This document shows, piece by piece, positions 25,496 to 40,054 of a DNA stretch of 64,000 bases. The notes under the pieces are model-generated. The model was not told the DNA's origin. It searched no databases and saw nothing but the letters and a program-made list of their open reading frames with translations. A program made the position numbers and the translations under genes. This DNA comes from Octopus vulgaris (taxonomy: Eukaryota), in the NCBI GenBank assembly GCA_951406725.2, contig OX597831.1, positions 7,378,001 to 7,442,000 on the forward strand. The letters are read 5' to 3'. Within the stretch, counting starts at the first letter, position 1; each line of letters begins with the position of its first letter.

Positions 25496-26030
25496 TTAAT
25501 GAATATTGAAGTGGAGGTGATAACTGGTTCTTGAAGGGTAAAAAGGGACTCATCTGCTTGAATGAATGTTTTGAAGTAGAGGACATTTTTAATTTTCAAT
25601 TTCGTTTGTTGCAGAAGATAAGCGTCTGTAACTATTGCAAACTTTCTTTCAACATCTACAACTTGCTTAAAACGTGCTTAGAATGATTTCTCTTCTCTTT
25701 CTATCTCACTTGCTTCCTCTATTTCTCTCGCGTATTTTATTTATTTATTTTATGGAATCTTTCCTGAGATAATCATCCATCTAATATATTTTCAACGACG
25801 TGATTTGCTTTCTATGTGGCTCGGCTTCTAGCAACGAGACAATTCAGTTTTTTGACTATTTGTCTAATCATTATTCACTTTCCATTTATAACTACGAAGG
25901 TTTTAACAACGATTTAAAATATTCTATGTTCGGCTGTTTTCAATTGAACAAGAGATTGCGTGTAAAGATACAAGAACGCTATTTAAATAAAGATCCTCAC
26001 GGAAAGTCTTGCTTTTCTTTGGTGGATTAT

Positions 26031-26300
<270 letters not shown>

Positions 26301-26492
26301 GTATGTATTTAAGCTACAAATGTCAATTAAAAAGAAATATTTATTTTCCCATTGTTGTTTCCTTGTTTCGTTTGCTTCAGGTGAAACAGGTTATCTTTTT
26401 AGAAGAATCGTCTTTGTTACGAAAGGAAAAGAAGTTAGTCAAGAACTATTTCAAAGAATACTTGTGGCAGACACCATACACTACTCACACGT

Positions 26493-26555
<63 letters not shown>

Positions 26556-27204
26556 ATCTGTATTCGCATATTGTACTCACAGAATGATGTGAGTGTTTTC
26601 TAGATCAGAGCTGTAGTTAATAAAAGACAACATGTAAGGGATGGGATTAATTCTAAGCGATGACAGACTAAGATAACATGGAAGGTAAATGCTCCAAAAT
26701 TTTTCTTCGTTATCCAACCTGCTAAGTAACTAATCTATGTCAGTTTAACGATGATCCATGATGAGCGTCGTAATCTCTTGGTGAGCCGAGTCTAATCGTC
26801 CATAAATATAATTCCACTTCATTTACTAACAAACACTTTGATAAAAACATGGAAATTACACTTCTTGATTTCCTTCTTTCCTAAAAATTTGGTCTCTTAA
26901 ACGTAGAACAATTTTTTAAAAAAAGGAAATAAAAGAAAAATCACAGATGAGGAATCGATTAAACTGATTTCAATATCCAAGTGGTACTTTATCGATCTAG
27001 GGAGAAATGAAAGGCGAAGTCGATCACAAAAACGTTTAATAGGGATGTAGGCCACTACTCCGTCTCCGTCTCCCCCTCCTCCTCTTCTTCTTCTATAACA
27101 ACAACAAAGTCGACCTCGGCGGAATTTGAACTCAGAACGTAGCGACGGGCGAAATCCGCTATGCATTTCGTCTAGCATGTTAACGATTCTGCCAGCCTGC
27201 CGCC

Positions 27205-27205
<1 letters not shown>

Positions 27206-27263
<58 letters not shown>

Positions 27264-27470
27264 CATAATAATAATAATGATGAGAATGATGATGATGATG
27301 ATGATGATGACGACGATTGACGACGATACACGACGATAATGATGATGATGATGATGATGACGACGACGACGATAATAATGATGATGATGATGATGATGAT
27401 GATTATGATGATGACGACGACGACGACGACGACGACAACGACAGCAACAACAACAATAATAATAATAATA
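27206..27470. repeat. Compound (TAA)n/(GAT)n/(GAC)n trinucleotide array
   Basis: Seen directly. Confidence 0.93.
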
Positions 27471-28129
27471 AAATTAACTCTAATAAAATCTGAAAAAAAT
27501 GATGATGATGATGAATTCTCTCACAAATCACAATATCTCTATCATTGAAAAAAAAAAATCTGAAAAAAATTGAAATTCTCTCACAATCATAGGTTCTGAA
27601 CAGAGAGGATAGTTCATAGATGGATAGTTGGATTGGTTGTGATCATAGGTCTATTCGACAACAACACCATGGAAACAGAGATTACGAATGATACAAGATG
27701 TTGCTGCAAACAGCGATCAACACTTGTTTTTCGTTACTGAATTCAACTCCACAAACGGGAAATTGCTCTAGACTATTCTTCCCAATAATAAAGTGTTCAG
27801 TTCTAATTCTTGAACTCTGGAATTCTTCTCACTTCACGAGTTCACGAAACTAACGTGCAACTGGCTGAGTACTCCACAGAAACGCGTCACCTTTAACGTA
27901 GTTCTCAGGGAGATTCAGTGTGACACAGAATGAGACAAGGCTGGCCCTTTTCGAAATACTGGTACAACTCATTTTTTGCCAGCCGAGTAGACTGGAGCAA
28001 CGTGAAACAAAGGGTTTTGGTCAGGGACACAACGCGCCACCGGCAATCGAACCTACTATCTTACTGTCGTGAGGCGAACGCCTTAACCACTAAGTCACGC
28101 GCCTTCACGCACGCACACACACACACACA

Positions 28130-28474
28130 TTTGACTGCGGCCACGCTGGAGCACCGCCTTAGTCGAGCACTCGACCCCGGGACTTATTTTTTTGTAAGCC
28201 CAGTACTTATTCTATCGGTCTCTTTTTGCCGAACCGCTAAGTGACGGGGACGTAAACACACCAGCGTCGGTTGTCAAGCAATGCTAGGGGGACAAACACA
28301 GACACACAAACACACACACATACATATATATATACATATATATACGACAGGCAGTTTCACCAAATCCACTCGTTTGATATTAAAGATACTTGCCCAAGAT
28401 GCCACGCAGTGGGACTGAACCCGGAACCATGTGGTTGGTTAGCAAGCTACTTACCACACAGCCACTCCTGCGCC
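28130..28474 (-). mobile_element. SINE family B, internally deleted
   Basis: Matches 16915-17325. Confidence 0.88.
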
Positions 28475-29395
28475 TAATGATTATTTAAAAACTAAAACGA
28501 GACAAAACTTCAAAGCGGAGCTCCATCTTGAGCTCCATCAATCATTTCCTTCCTGAACCCAACGCAAAATCAAATCAGTTCATGGCTTTCTTTTTTCGGT
28601 TTGATATTTATCGTTTGATATTAAAGATATTCAGATTTTTATTAAAAACCGAGAAATGTTTAGAATATAAGAAGCAGATATCAAACAAAGACCAGCGAAT
28701 GGATTATGTACGTCTTTTGAAAATGTGTTTGCTAATCCTATTGTAATATTATGAAGTTGAAAATCTTCTTCTGATCAAACAGATCTCAACCAATCTTTAA
28801 CATAAAATTGAATTTAAAATTATCATTGTTTATTGTAGCAAGGTTTTGCTTAGAAGGGAGAATTTGTCGAAATATTGGCTTAGATTCTTCTCTCAAATAT
28901 ACATTGTATTTTTTGGTTAACGAACCAATGAAGAGGCTTTTTTTTACGCGGTCGCCCAACCTGATAAAGGTAATAACCAAATCCCTTTCAACTAACAAAT
29001 CAAATTTATCAATGCGATAATAAATATTTTATCTTTGATCTTTTACCTGTTTCAGTCATTAGACTGTGGCCATGCTGGGGCATTTCCTTGATGAAGGGTT
29101 TAGTCGAATAATTACTTCTTTCTATATTGTTATCGCCAGTTTGGTCACTCTTCAATGATTTTATTCATTGAAAGAGCAATTAATAACCCAGATTAACACG
29201 AGCATAACTTGAATCTACAAGACTTGATGTGCTCAGTTTCTATTTTCTGTTGAGTAGACACAGGTCTACGTGAGCTTTACAGATGTCTATGTTTATAAGA
29301 AAGTGATGCTGAAGCTGTGACATTCATCAGGTTTCTTAGAACTTTACTGGCGAAACTCGACACAACATAATATCTAAATTCTGTCGTACACTCAA

Positions 29396-29484
<89 letters not shown>

Positions 29485-29504
29485 GTCTGTCTGTCTGTCT
29501 GTCT

Positions 29505-29593
<89 letters not shown>

Positions 29594-29634
29594 ATATATA
29601 TATAATATATATGTATACATATACATATATGTAG

Positions 29635-29822
29635 TAAATCCAAAACAAGATGAACAAACACAAAAGCAACAACGCGAAGATGTGGTACATGTAAAGTATT
29701 AGCAGACGCTCAGGAGAGGAAAAAAGATGCTTTAACATTTCGAGTAGACGCTCTTCTTCAGAAACAAAGGAAAGTCCAATAGAAGGGAAGACGGAGGAAG
29801 AAATTCGCCAACGATTCACGTG
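29635..29822 (-). mobile_element. Penelope-like pLTR fragment with a minimal hammerhead motif
   Basis: Minus strand 29764-29730 reads tttCTGAAGAagagcgtctactcGAAAtGTTAaag. The element is embedded in TA-rich repeats and is similar to 60278-60500. Confidence 0.6.
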
Positions 29823-29837
29823 TATGTATATATATAT

Positions 29838-30056
29838 ACACACGACGAATTCTGATCAATAAGTATCCGGATTGTTTCCATAATAACGAAGCTAAAGCAC
29901 GCAGATTGAAGCTGCTTGACAAAGATTGACCTTGAAGTCTGCTATGCACGCGCACTAAGTTTTAACGTTCTAGCTCACTTCCGTTGTTTACAGCATTGCT
30001 TGGAAGGAAGTTGTGTAGTGTGTGATCGTCGTATTGACCATGACAGAGAAAGTTGT
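29838..30056 (+). mobile_element. Mariner-like 5' end fragment
   Basis: A tacacg...gatcaataagtatccgga TIR-like start leads to a truncated ATG ACA GAG AAA GTT. Confidence 0.5.
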
Positions 30057-30071
30057 CATGGCGATACCTGC

Positions 30072-30142
<71 letters not shown>

Positions 30143-30941
30143 ATCTTCCATTTTAAAGGGTTACAGAATTAACACATGTTATGGGAACATAAACCTTCTT
30201 CCATGAAAAGATAGCTTAAACTGTGCACTAAATGGAGGTGTAGTCAAATCCTATTTTATGGACTCAACCATGTTCTAAACTAAGTCGAAAGGTAAGCTAC
30301 TATAAATCGGCACGAACTTTCCGGACAACCCAATACGTACATAATTTAGCTATTGTAGGTTTACTTTTAATACCGACACAGATGTCCATGGATTTATGTG
30401 TTTCTTTGTTGTAGTTCAATTTTAAAGTTAGTGTTTAATCCTGTCTATATTCAGATTGAATGAACGTGGTCATGTGCACTGCTCCCTTGTGGGCGTGGAA
30501 CGATACAATAACACCAGGTGCAACGCACAGTGCATAGAAGACTCCTCAGGTGGGATAATATGGTTTTAAGCCGGGAGATTTACATTGCGATTCTGCTGTA
30601 TTAAGAGATTTTATCAGTTAGACAGACGCACAGACAAACAGACGCGCACATTCATACTTTTAAATCAATGCAAAGACAGACAGACAGACAGATGCGCACA
30701 TTAATAAGCTTTTCCATGGGTACATGTCAGGGTGTGTCACGTGTATGTGTGTCAACCAAGTACATACGCGCACAGGTGTACACATATATATACAAGTGCA
30801 CATATATACACATACTAGAGTAGATGCAAGCGCTAATATATGATTTATAAAAACATGTGACGTATTAATAAAAATCTGTAAATGTACAACCATCCAGATC
30901 TCTGAGTGTCTTACTTTTTCTAATACATATACACATATATA

Positions 30942-31170
30942 TATTTCTTTACTACCCACAAGGGGCTAAACACAGAGGGGACAAACAAGGACAGACAAAG
31001 GGATTAAGTCGACTACATCGACCCCAGTGCGTAACTGGTACTTAATTTATCGACCCCGAAAGGATGAAAGGCCAAGTCGACCTCGGCGGAATTTGAACTC
31101 GGAACGTAACGACAGACGAAATACGGCTACGAATTTCGCCCGGCGTGGAACGTTTCTACCAGCTCGCCGC
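30942..31170 (-). mobile_element. SINE family A
   Basis: Full match to the family consensus. Confidence 0.92.
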
Positions 31171-31499
31171 ATACGTAATCACACGCACATATCCTGCGGT
31201 GCACAGGCATCCATTCGCTCATATACCATTTATTGTTCTGTGCTTACATTTATTCTGTGCTTACCATTTATTGTTCTGTGCGTGGGAATAATCTCATACG
31301 TGTATACAATCTGTGTGTGCATATATATATATATTGCCGGGTGGACGTGTTTGTATGTGCCTATGCGTGCATAAAAGTACTGAGTGGAAGTCTTTAGTAT
31401 GTGCTAACCTGTAAGTATAAGTATATCTATGTATGTATGATGTATGTATATAAACGTATATGTATATAATTGGGTGAGTATATGTATGTATGTGTATAA

Positions 31500-31553
<54 letters not shown>

Positions 31554-32278
31554 ATGTATGTGTGTGTGTGTTGTATGTATGTATGTATGTATGTATGTAT
31601 GTATGTATGTATGTATGTATGTATACTTGCCTACAAACATTTCGAAGTGCGGGTATCAATGTACATTTAGATGTATATGTCTTATGACGTGGGTGTAAAA
31701 GTGCATGTTAGTAAATGTGTGTGTGAACATCGCGTGAAAATATGAGTGTGCTTGTGTGTACTATAGGGATACGCAAGAATGTATCCCTTTTTGTCATTTT
31801 TTTGCTTTTTTATAATTGCTGAGACGCACGAGGAAGGACTGAGACCCGAATCCTTTTCAAGGTCTCGGTGACTAATTGAAAGGGAGTGGGGAGGGGAAAA
31901 GTTATTCTCAGATCGAAACCTGACCAGAATGCTTGGAGCCGAGTAGGCTTCGCTGTGGGAACCCAAGAGCCAAGTGGGTGACAGATCAAGCCTGTCATAC
32001 ATATCCTGCCCCCCACCAGAAATAAATAAAAGTAAAAAGGGCCCCTCTGACTAGTGGATCGACCGCAAAACTTTGTAGTCGTGAAGCGAGCGCCTTAATC
32101 ACACAGCCATTTCGCCAAACATGCTGACATCCTCATATTGAACAACAATATACCTTACATCCTGATTATAATGCGATTCATGTACACCCCCTCCACCTTC
32201 CAAGAATCTTATTTTTATATAGAAATTCTAGTATCAGGGACACTCCAGAGATTTTCAATGAGAAACATCAATAAAATT

Positions 32279-32351
<73 letters not shown>

Positions 32352-32403
32352 CAGACAGATAGATAACTAGATATATAGATAGATAAATAGACAGATAGAT
32401 AAC

Positions 32404-32453
<50 letters not shown>

Positions 32454-32464
32454 GATAGGTAGAT

Positions 32465-32502
<38 letters not shown>

Positions 32503-32503
32503 T

Positions 32504-32557
<54 letters not shown>

Positions 32558-32609
32558 CAGACAGATAGATAACTAGATATATAGATAGATAAATAGACAG
32601 ATAGATAAC

Positions 32610-32655
<46 letters not shown>

Positions 32656-32661
32656 GATAGG

Positions 32662-32731
<70 letters not shown>
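32279..32731. repeat. (GATA)n array with an internal block duplication of about 206 bp
   Basis: The variant block acagacagatagataactagatatatag recurs at 32351 and 32557. Confidence 0.93.
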
Positions 32732-32734
<3 letters not shown>

Positions 32735-32764
32735 TGCATATATATAACTGTATGCATATATAAA

Positions 32765-32872
<108 letters not shown>

Positions 32873-34265
32873 GTGTTCGCAATATATTGACTCCAAATAT
32901 GGAATAAAGGGCGCAACACTCGAACGGATATCCTTTTGCCAGTTTATCCCGTTTAAAATTGACAACTCTAATCTAATTAATCAGCAGCAACAATGATTTT
33001 CTTTTTGAATCTATGAAATAATAAATTTATATCAGCTGCTACGTATTCTATATGCTACACACTCGCTATATTGGCTGTGGATTGTAGTGCAGAAGAATTC
33101 CATGATAATTCCAAACTGGCGAAAACATTTGGGTTTTTTGTTGCTTTTTTTATCAGTATTTTCTGCGCTGTCGTGTTTTTACGTTGATGAAATTAGAAAA
33201 AATGGTTGGTACCTGCAAAAAAAAAGAGAGAGAAAAGAATAATGGTATTACCAATAATCAAATAAATTCCGATTTAGTTGATAAAATGAAGACGAATTCA
33301 AGTGCAACTGATGTTGTTGAGATATATGCAGCAGATGAGGAAAAAAAAAAAGAAAAAGAAAGCAATGGCCGTCGTCGTCAGCGTAGAGAGACTTGGGTTG
33401 CAACAGCCGAAAGAAAACGCTCTCGTTTAAATAAGTTAAAATCGAGAATACAAGGAACGCTTTGTGGGCGTCTGCGTTAGCAACAAGCAACCCAAAGGAA
33501 ATATAAATATAAATAGATATAAAATAAATTATTTGCTGTGTGGCAAAGGAAAATTATCAACATTTCTGGTGAGGCAGTGACATCATCAAATTTTAGTGTT
33601 ATAAATTTGCTTGAAATATTTGATGATGGAGGAGTGTTAGCTGTTGAATGTAAATCAGCAAAGTCTTTTTGTTTGCGGAGGAAAATACAACAGAATGAAC
33701 TTACTGAATATTTGGACTAACCGATACAATTCTAAAGAATTCCGTTTAAACATAACGATTAAGTTTTCAGTTTTATCCAAAAAATATTTCGATAGTTTCT
33801 CAGTTACAATTTAATGCAAATTATTTAAAGAATATCATCAAGTTTCTAAAATTAAAAATAGAATTGCCCACCGCATATTTCTGGTAATTTATTCTATAGG
33901 ACAAAACAAAATGGAAGGCAAAGTCTTCTCTTAAGATAGTTAAGACTTTAGAAGGAAGAGGGACAAAATCAAATATAGCGATGCATTTTCTTTGATGCTC
34001 TATCATTATATGTCTGTTAAAAGATATGGTTTGAGATTAACACACCGGTATTTCATATTGGAATTAAACCATACATTTCCAGCAGATGGAAAAATGCAGC
34101 CGACTGAATTTACATCACAAAATGACCGATAGAGATTTTATTGGTTTTCTCTTCATATTTCTCCCGTACGATTGAACGAATGACTCATTTGTGAACCATA
34201 AAGAGCTAGCAGAGACGAAGCGAGCTGAGATGGAAATAAACCACTCATAATATATGTAACGCTGA

Positions 34266-34635
34266 AGGCGATGAGCTGGCAGAAACGTTAGCACGCCGGG
34301 CGAAATGCGTAGCCGCATTTCGTCTGCCGTTACGTTCCGAGTTCAAATTCCGCCGAGGTCGACTTTACCTTTCATCCTTTCGGGGGGTCGATAAATTAAG
34401 TACAAGTTACGCACTGGGGTCGATGTAATCGACTTCCTCCGTTTGTCTGTCCTTGTTTGTTCCCTCTGTGTTTAGCCCCTTGTGGGTAGTAAAGAAATAG
34501 GTACTTCGTCTGTCTACACGTTCTGAGTTCAAATTCCGCCGAGGTCGACTTTGTCTTTCATCCTTTTGGGGTTGCGTACTGAGGTCGATCTAATCGACTA
34601 GCCTCCTCCCCAAAAAACTTCGGGCCTTGTGCCAA
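34266..34635 (+). mobile_element. SINE family A plus a second headless unit
   Basis: Full copy to about 34499, then a restart at gtacttcgtctg. Confidence 0.9.
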
Positions 34636-35029
34636 AAGGATATATGTAGAGTTGTGTAGATAAAGACTAAGTGAAAAGATGCTTGCAAGGTGAAGTTGAC
34701 AAAAACGTAATACAATGTCCATGATGTGGTCAGCGTTGAGAGCTTAGTTTGCGGTGCTAATTTGGTGAGAAAACCTGAAGCTGTTCCATGATGAAGAAGC
34801 GTAACGTCTTCTTCTGCTGACTGTCGACAAAAGCACGCTTACCTCTAGGACGGATAACTGCCTTTGGTATTAATACGCGCCCAGCTCTGATTAGTTGAAG
34901 TTGCCATGGCATGACCGAGCTATTCTGCAACACACTAATGGCTATCCTGACTCCTACAGCTTCATCAAATGCAGGTCCCTGCATGAAGCTTGACCTAACT
35001 TTGAAAACATATTTCTTCAGTAAATTTAA

Positions 35030-36196
35030 ATACAATGGCTATTGCAGGACGAACAGTTTTTTAAGACAATTTCTGGCGTTGAAAAAGAAGCCTTAAATGA
35101 TTTTGTTGCAGTTGTGTCTGATTTCCTGGGAAACACGAAGTCATCAAATTATGTAGAACTTGTGCAGACCTTGTTAACCAGTGTTCGAACACTGAGCTGG
35201 AAAATGAATGCAAAAGTGCAACTCCTGCACAGTTATCTGAACTACTTCCCTGAAAATCATAAAGCAACAAGTGTTGAGCAAGGAGAAAGATTCCACCAAG
35301 ACATCGAGACCCTGGAGACTAGATATCAAGGCAGATGGAAAACAAACATGATGGCTGACTACTGTTGGTCTCTGCAAAGGGACAGTCAGGATGCAAGTTA
35401 TTCACGTAAAGCAGCGAAGAGAACGTTCACTCCAAGAAGTCAAGATGCAAGTTATTCACGTAAAGCAGCGATGAGAACGTTCACTCCAAGAAGTCAAGAT
35501 GGAAGTTATTCACGTAAAGCAGCGAAGAGAACGTTCACTCCAAGAAGTCAAGATGCAAGTTATTCACGCAAAACAGCGAAGAATGCATTCACTCCAAGAA
35601 GTCAAGATGCAAGTTATTCACGCAAACCAGCGAAGAGAACGTTCACTCCAAGAAGTCAAGATGCAAGTTATTCACGCAAACCAGCGAAGAATGCATTCAC
35701 TCCAAGAAGTCAAGATGCAAGTTATTCACGCAAACCAGCGAAGAATGCATTCACTCCAAGAAGTCAAGATGCAAGTTATTCACGCAAAACAGCGAAGAAT
35801 GCATTCACTCCAAGAAGTCAAGATGCAAGTTATTCACGCAAAACAGCGAAGAATGCATTCACTCCAAGAAGTCAAGATGCAAGTTATTCACGCAAACCAG
35901 CGAAGAGTGCATTCACTCCAAGATTGAAAGAAATATCTCTTCAAAGATGAGTGATTAAACATTTTGTGTGAGATATTTGTTACACAATAAAAAGTATTAT
36001 TTGGTTTCTTATTTCAGTATTGCGTTTCAGGACAAAATTTATATTTTTTGGTAAAAAAATTAATTCCTGTTTAATACAAGTCTTGACGTAATGGAAAATT
36101 TCTGAGAGTGTTTCTGAACCCAGCACCATCAAATTAGGTAGGACTAATTGCTCAAAACAAGACAACTAAAAGTTTTTTCGAAAATGTTTCCCAGTG
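35030..36196 (+). mobile_element. 5'-truncated Chapaev3-like (CMC) DNA transposon: transposase C-terminus plus right end
   Basis: Peptide FLGNTKSSNYVELV...LLHSYLNYFPEN...EQGERFHQDI...RYQGRW...MMADYCWSL. The terminus ends CCCAGTG (inverse of CACTGGG) at 36190-36196. Confidence 0.75.
35384..35923 (+). repeat. 54-bp minisatellite, 10 copies, in frame in the transposase ORF (18-aa SQDASYSRKxAKxxFTPR)
   Basis: The period and copy number were counted from the sequence and the 35042-35950 ORF. Confidence 0.97.
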
Positions 36197-39100
36197 TTGT
36201 CAATAAAATAATAAAAGCAGCCGACCAGTCTTTCGGACAAAGAATGCAAATTGTGTTTATTCAGAGCTTAAGAAAGAAAAAAGCACTCGACGTGACAGAA
36301 GAAATTGGTTGTTTTGAAATCAACATGCCAATTTTAGTCTAAATCAAGGGAAAAAGCAAACCCAACAGAAATCATGTTCAAAATTGTTCCTCTGTATAAT
36401 TTCTCGTAAATATAGTTGTTTGGAAACAATTCCATTCAAATTATGTTAGAGAACTGTTTTCTCTAACATATGAATTCTCTAACAAATGAATTCTTTAAAA
36501 CTGAATCGGTTAATCTTAGCCTGCAGTAGTCCATTATGTGATGTTTGACGTCACAAAGATACTCGGTTGATTTATGAACGCCAAACAGCGAACGCTCTTT
36601 CCCCCATAAAATGTATTTCATTTAAATTTACAGCAGCAAAATTTTATGACGTAACTGCGTTCATTCGCTGGCAACCTATTTTAACAAACTTTTTTCATGC
36701 AATCGCTTGTTGAAATCTCTGACTTTAGATCGGCTTAACAGATCATCAGATCTTGATATAATCTTTAGCTTTAGAGATATTGTTCTTGTTTTCCAACTTT
36801 AACTCGTATGATGGTATCTTTGTCGTGATTACCTATTACATTGTATCAACAAGGGGAAGAAACGTGTTGGGTATGTTGGCTTTGGAAATTTTGATATTTT
36901 CTCTTTGGATATCATATTACTTGTCTTTTCTCGCTTAATTTGATATTGTGGGACATCAAGTCATTCACGATTGTCGACAAATTCCAGGATCCGTTGTTTC
37001 CCAATATCCACTGGACATCCCTCTTTTTACGTGTTATGTAGGCTTTCAAAAATTTGATCAAAATGAGATGTGTGTTAGTGTTTCACTGGTTTGACACCGA
37101 TGGACGGTCTAACTGTTAAAACTATTTCTTTTAAGTTTTGAAATCTCTGTAATAAGCTGAGATTCTGTAGATAAAGTCTGCTGATGTTATAATGCATCTA
37201 TAGGTAAGTTTTAATTCTATTCCTTAGTGATTTTAAGCAAATATATTGCGTTTCACAACAGATGGCCAGAGACGATCTCTGAATCATACGATCGAAAATT
37301 CAGCCGAGTATTCACGTGTTACTGCCTAAACATTTTTTTTTTTGCAAAGATAAAGAACGTCCAAACATAGTTTTCAGTTTCTACGAAAGATTTGCGTAAT
37401 AGTTTTTTTCGTAGAAACAGAAGAGTTCCGGCAACAAATTGTAAATAAAGACTCGATAATTTCGTCCCATGTTCACGCAACACCCAAGATATATATTTCA
37501 ATGCTGCTGCCGTGTAGAAGAGAAATGTCTATAAAGAAATCTTGTATTTTTATGTATTGGTTGTTTGCCATATTACGTTTATTCTTTGTTAGCTTTTATA
37601 CGTAGCGTTGTTGACCTTTTAACGTTCGTTGTGAATAAGCCGAGCAAATTAAGCTCGTATTATCACCACAAATCTACCTGGTATTCAATAATGGCACAGC
37701 ATTTAGTTCAAAGGTGACAGCGTAAAGAACACGACACTAGAAGTAATTCTATTTAGTTGCAAACTTAGAAATCATGTCACACGTTTATAATTTAATAAGA
37801 AAGCAGGAAAATGGTTGGATTCTTTGGAATTACTTCAACAATATGTTAAATAGATAATGGATAATTTGGTTTTATTTTGTATATTGTTACTGACACGTGA
37901 TCGTCTGTCAGACATTTACTGACGATAACCAGACAATCCTTATGCATATGTATCAACTATAATGACAGCTTGTAAATGAAATCTGCAATTACGCTGTCCG
38001 TAGATGCTTATTAGTGATACAGTCCGTAAATATAATGTAAAGTAATAGTTTGTAGATATTGATTGGATATATACAGCTTGTAGGCGAATGTAGTTTTAGT
38101 ACTGTAATCTTCAAGGACATAGGGACGTACAGAACCTAACAATCCATACTTACAAATGAGTAAAATGGCTGCTAGCAGATTTCATGGAGAAAGGCCGTGA
38201 ATTGAATTAAAATGATAACCCTTAGTACTGAAAATAATAATTTCCTAAATTATCAATTCCGTTAAAGAAAGACAAAAGAGACGACTCTGAAATTTTAGAA
38301 TAATTAAAATTAATTAAATGCCGTGGTGGGGACTTAGTGAAACGCTTAAATTCGCGAGGACAACTCTATATATGTTTTGTTCTTATTAGATCTTTTCAGC
38401 GAAACCTAGTTTAAGCGTGACTTGTGGACATTAGTCCTTACATACGGTGTTGTATCACATTGAAAGTGTAGGAGGGGAAGAGGAAGAATGAAAAGATAAA
38501 GAAAAAAAAAAGAATTTCCATATTCTTCGAAAATGTCTGATGCCACGATGATGTGATTTAAAAAGAAAAAAAACAAGAGCCTTGTCTATGAAATGGTGCA
38601 TCATAAAAGCCATCTCAGTGCACTGCAGAGTTTTAGAAATACAATTTAAGGTTTTAGGAAATTCATTCTCAATAAAAATCGTCTCGACAGGCACTTCTTA
38701 CATAATATTGCTATGCAAAAGTAGAATTAATGACAGAAGATAAATAATAATTTTCTGTAAGAATTTCTTTCTGGTTTTTTTTTTTAAAATTAACATTTAA
38801 AAAAAAAAGCTTTTAATGTGAAGTAATGTCAGTATTTTTTTATTTGATCTTCGGTTCACCCCAGCAGTCAAATATTTCGAAAACCATTGAACTTAAACAA
38901 GCATAGCCCACATGGTTTCTGGGCTCACTTCCACTGCGTGGCACCTTAGGCAAGTCTCTTCTTCTACCATAGCCTAGCGCCCACCAAAACCTTGTGAGTG
39001 GATTTGGTAGACGAAAATTGAAGGAAGCCCGTCGTATATGAAAATATATTTATATTTGTGTTTGTGCGTCTATACATTGCACGCTGGAGCGGATTACTGC

Positions 39101-39372
39101 TATCTCTAGATGCCACTAACGACGGGCAAAAAGAGCCCGAAACCGTTCGGTCTCGTGATCCCGTCCTCCGCTAGAAAATGCTAGGAGTTCACTCCCCTGT
39201 TTGCAATATATGGTGGGTGCAGGTTGCATCGATAACCAGCTGGTGGAAGCTCTGCCTGGGGTTAAATTGGTAGTAACAACGAACAGCCATATTGATGTGT
39301 CGATAAATATTACTTCTCAGTATAGCTACTACTTTCATCTCGTATAGAGATTTTCTAACTAGCTACTTGGCT

Positions 39373-39439
<67 letters not shown>

Positions 39440-39592
39440 TAGTTGAATGAATTATCCTAGTATGGAAAATTCGGTTAACCGATACCCGGGTAGCAAATTT
39501 ATTACATATTCGGAATTAGGAATATGCAGTCTTCGAAACATATGTCGAGAATAAAGGAATTTTGTTAAATCGCCGTTCGGCTCCATTCTTTC

Positions 39593-40050
<458 letters not shown>

Positions 40051-40054
40051 TATA

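Noticed and set aside
33184-33480. 98-aa basic ORF
   Set aside because: It is low complexity from A-rich runs, with no recognisable domain or supporting plus-strand gene structure.
34757-35035. 92-aa minus-strand ORF
   Set aside because: It only weakly resembles a decayed RTE C-terminus (LQL..AGRV..IPKAV) and cannot be supported as a gene.
35384-35923. CRISPR-like regular array (also 46987-47116)
   Set aside because: There are no unique spacers and no cas genes, and the context is eukaryotic. These are plain tandem repeats.
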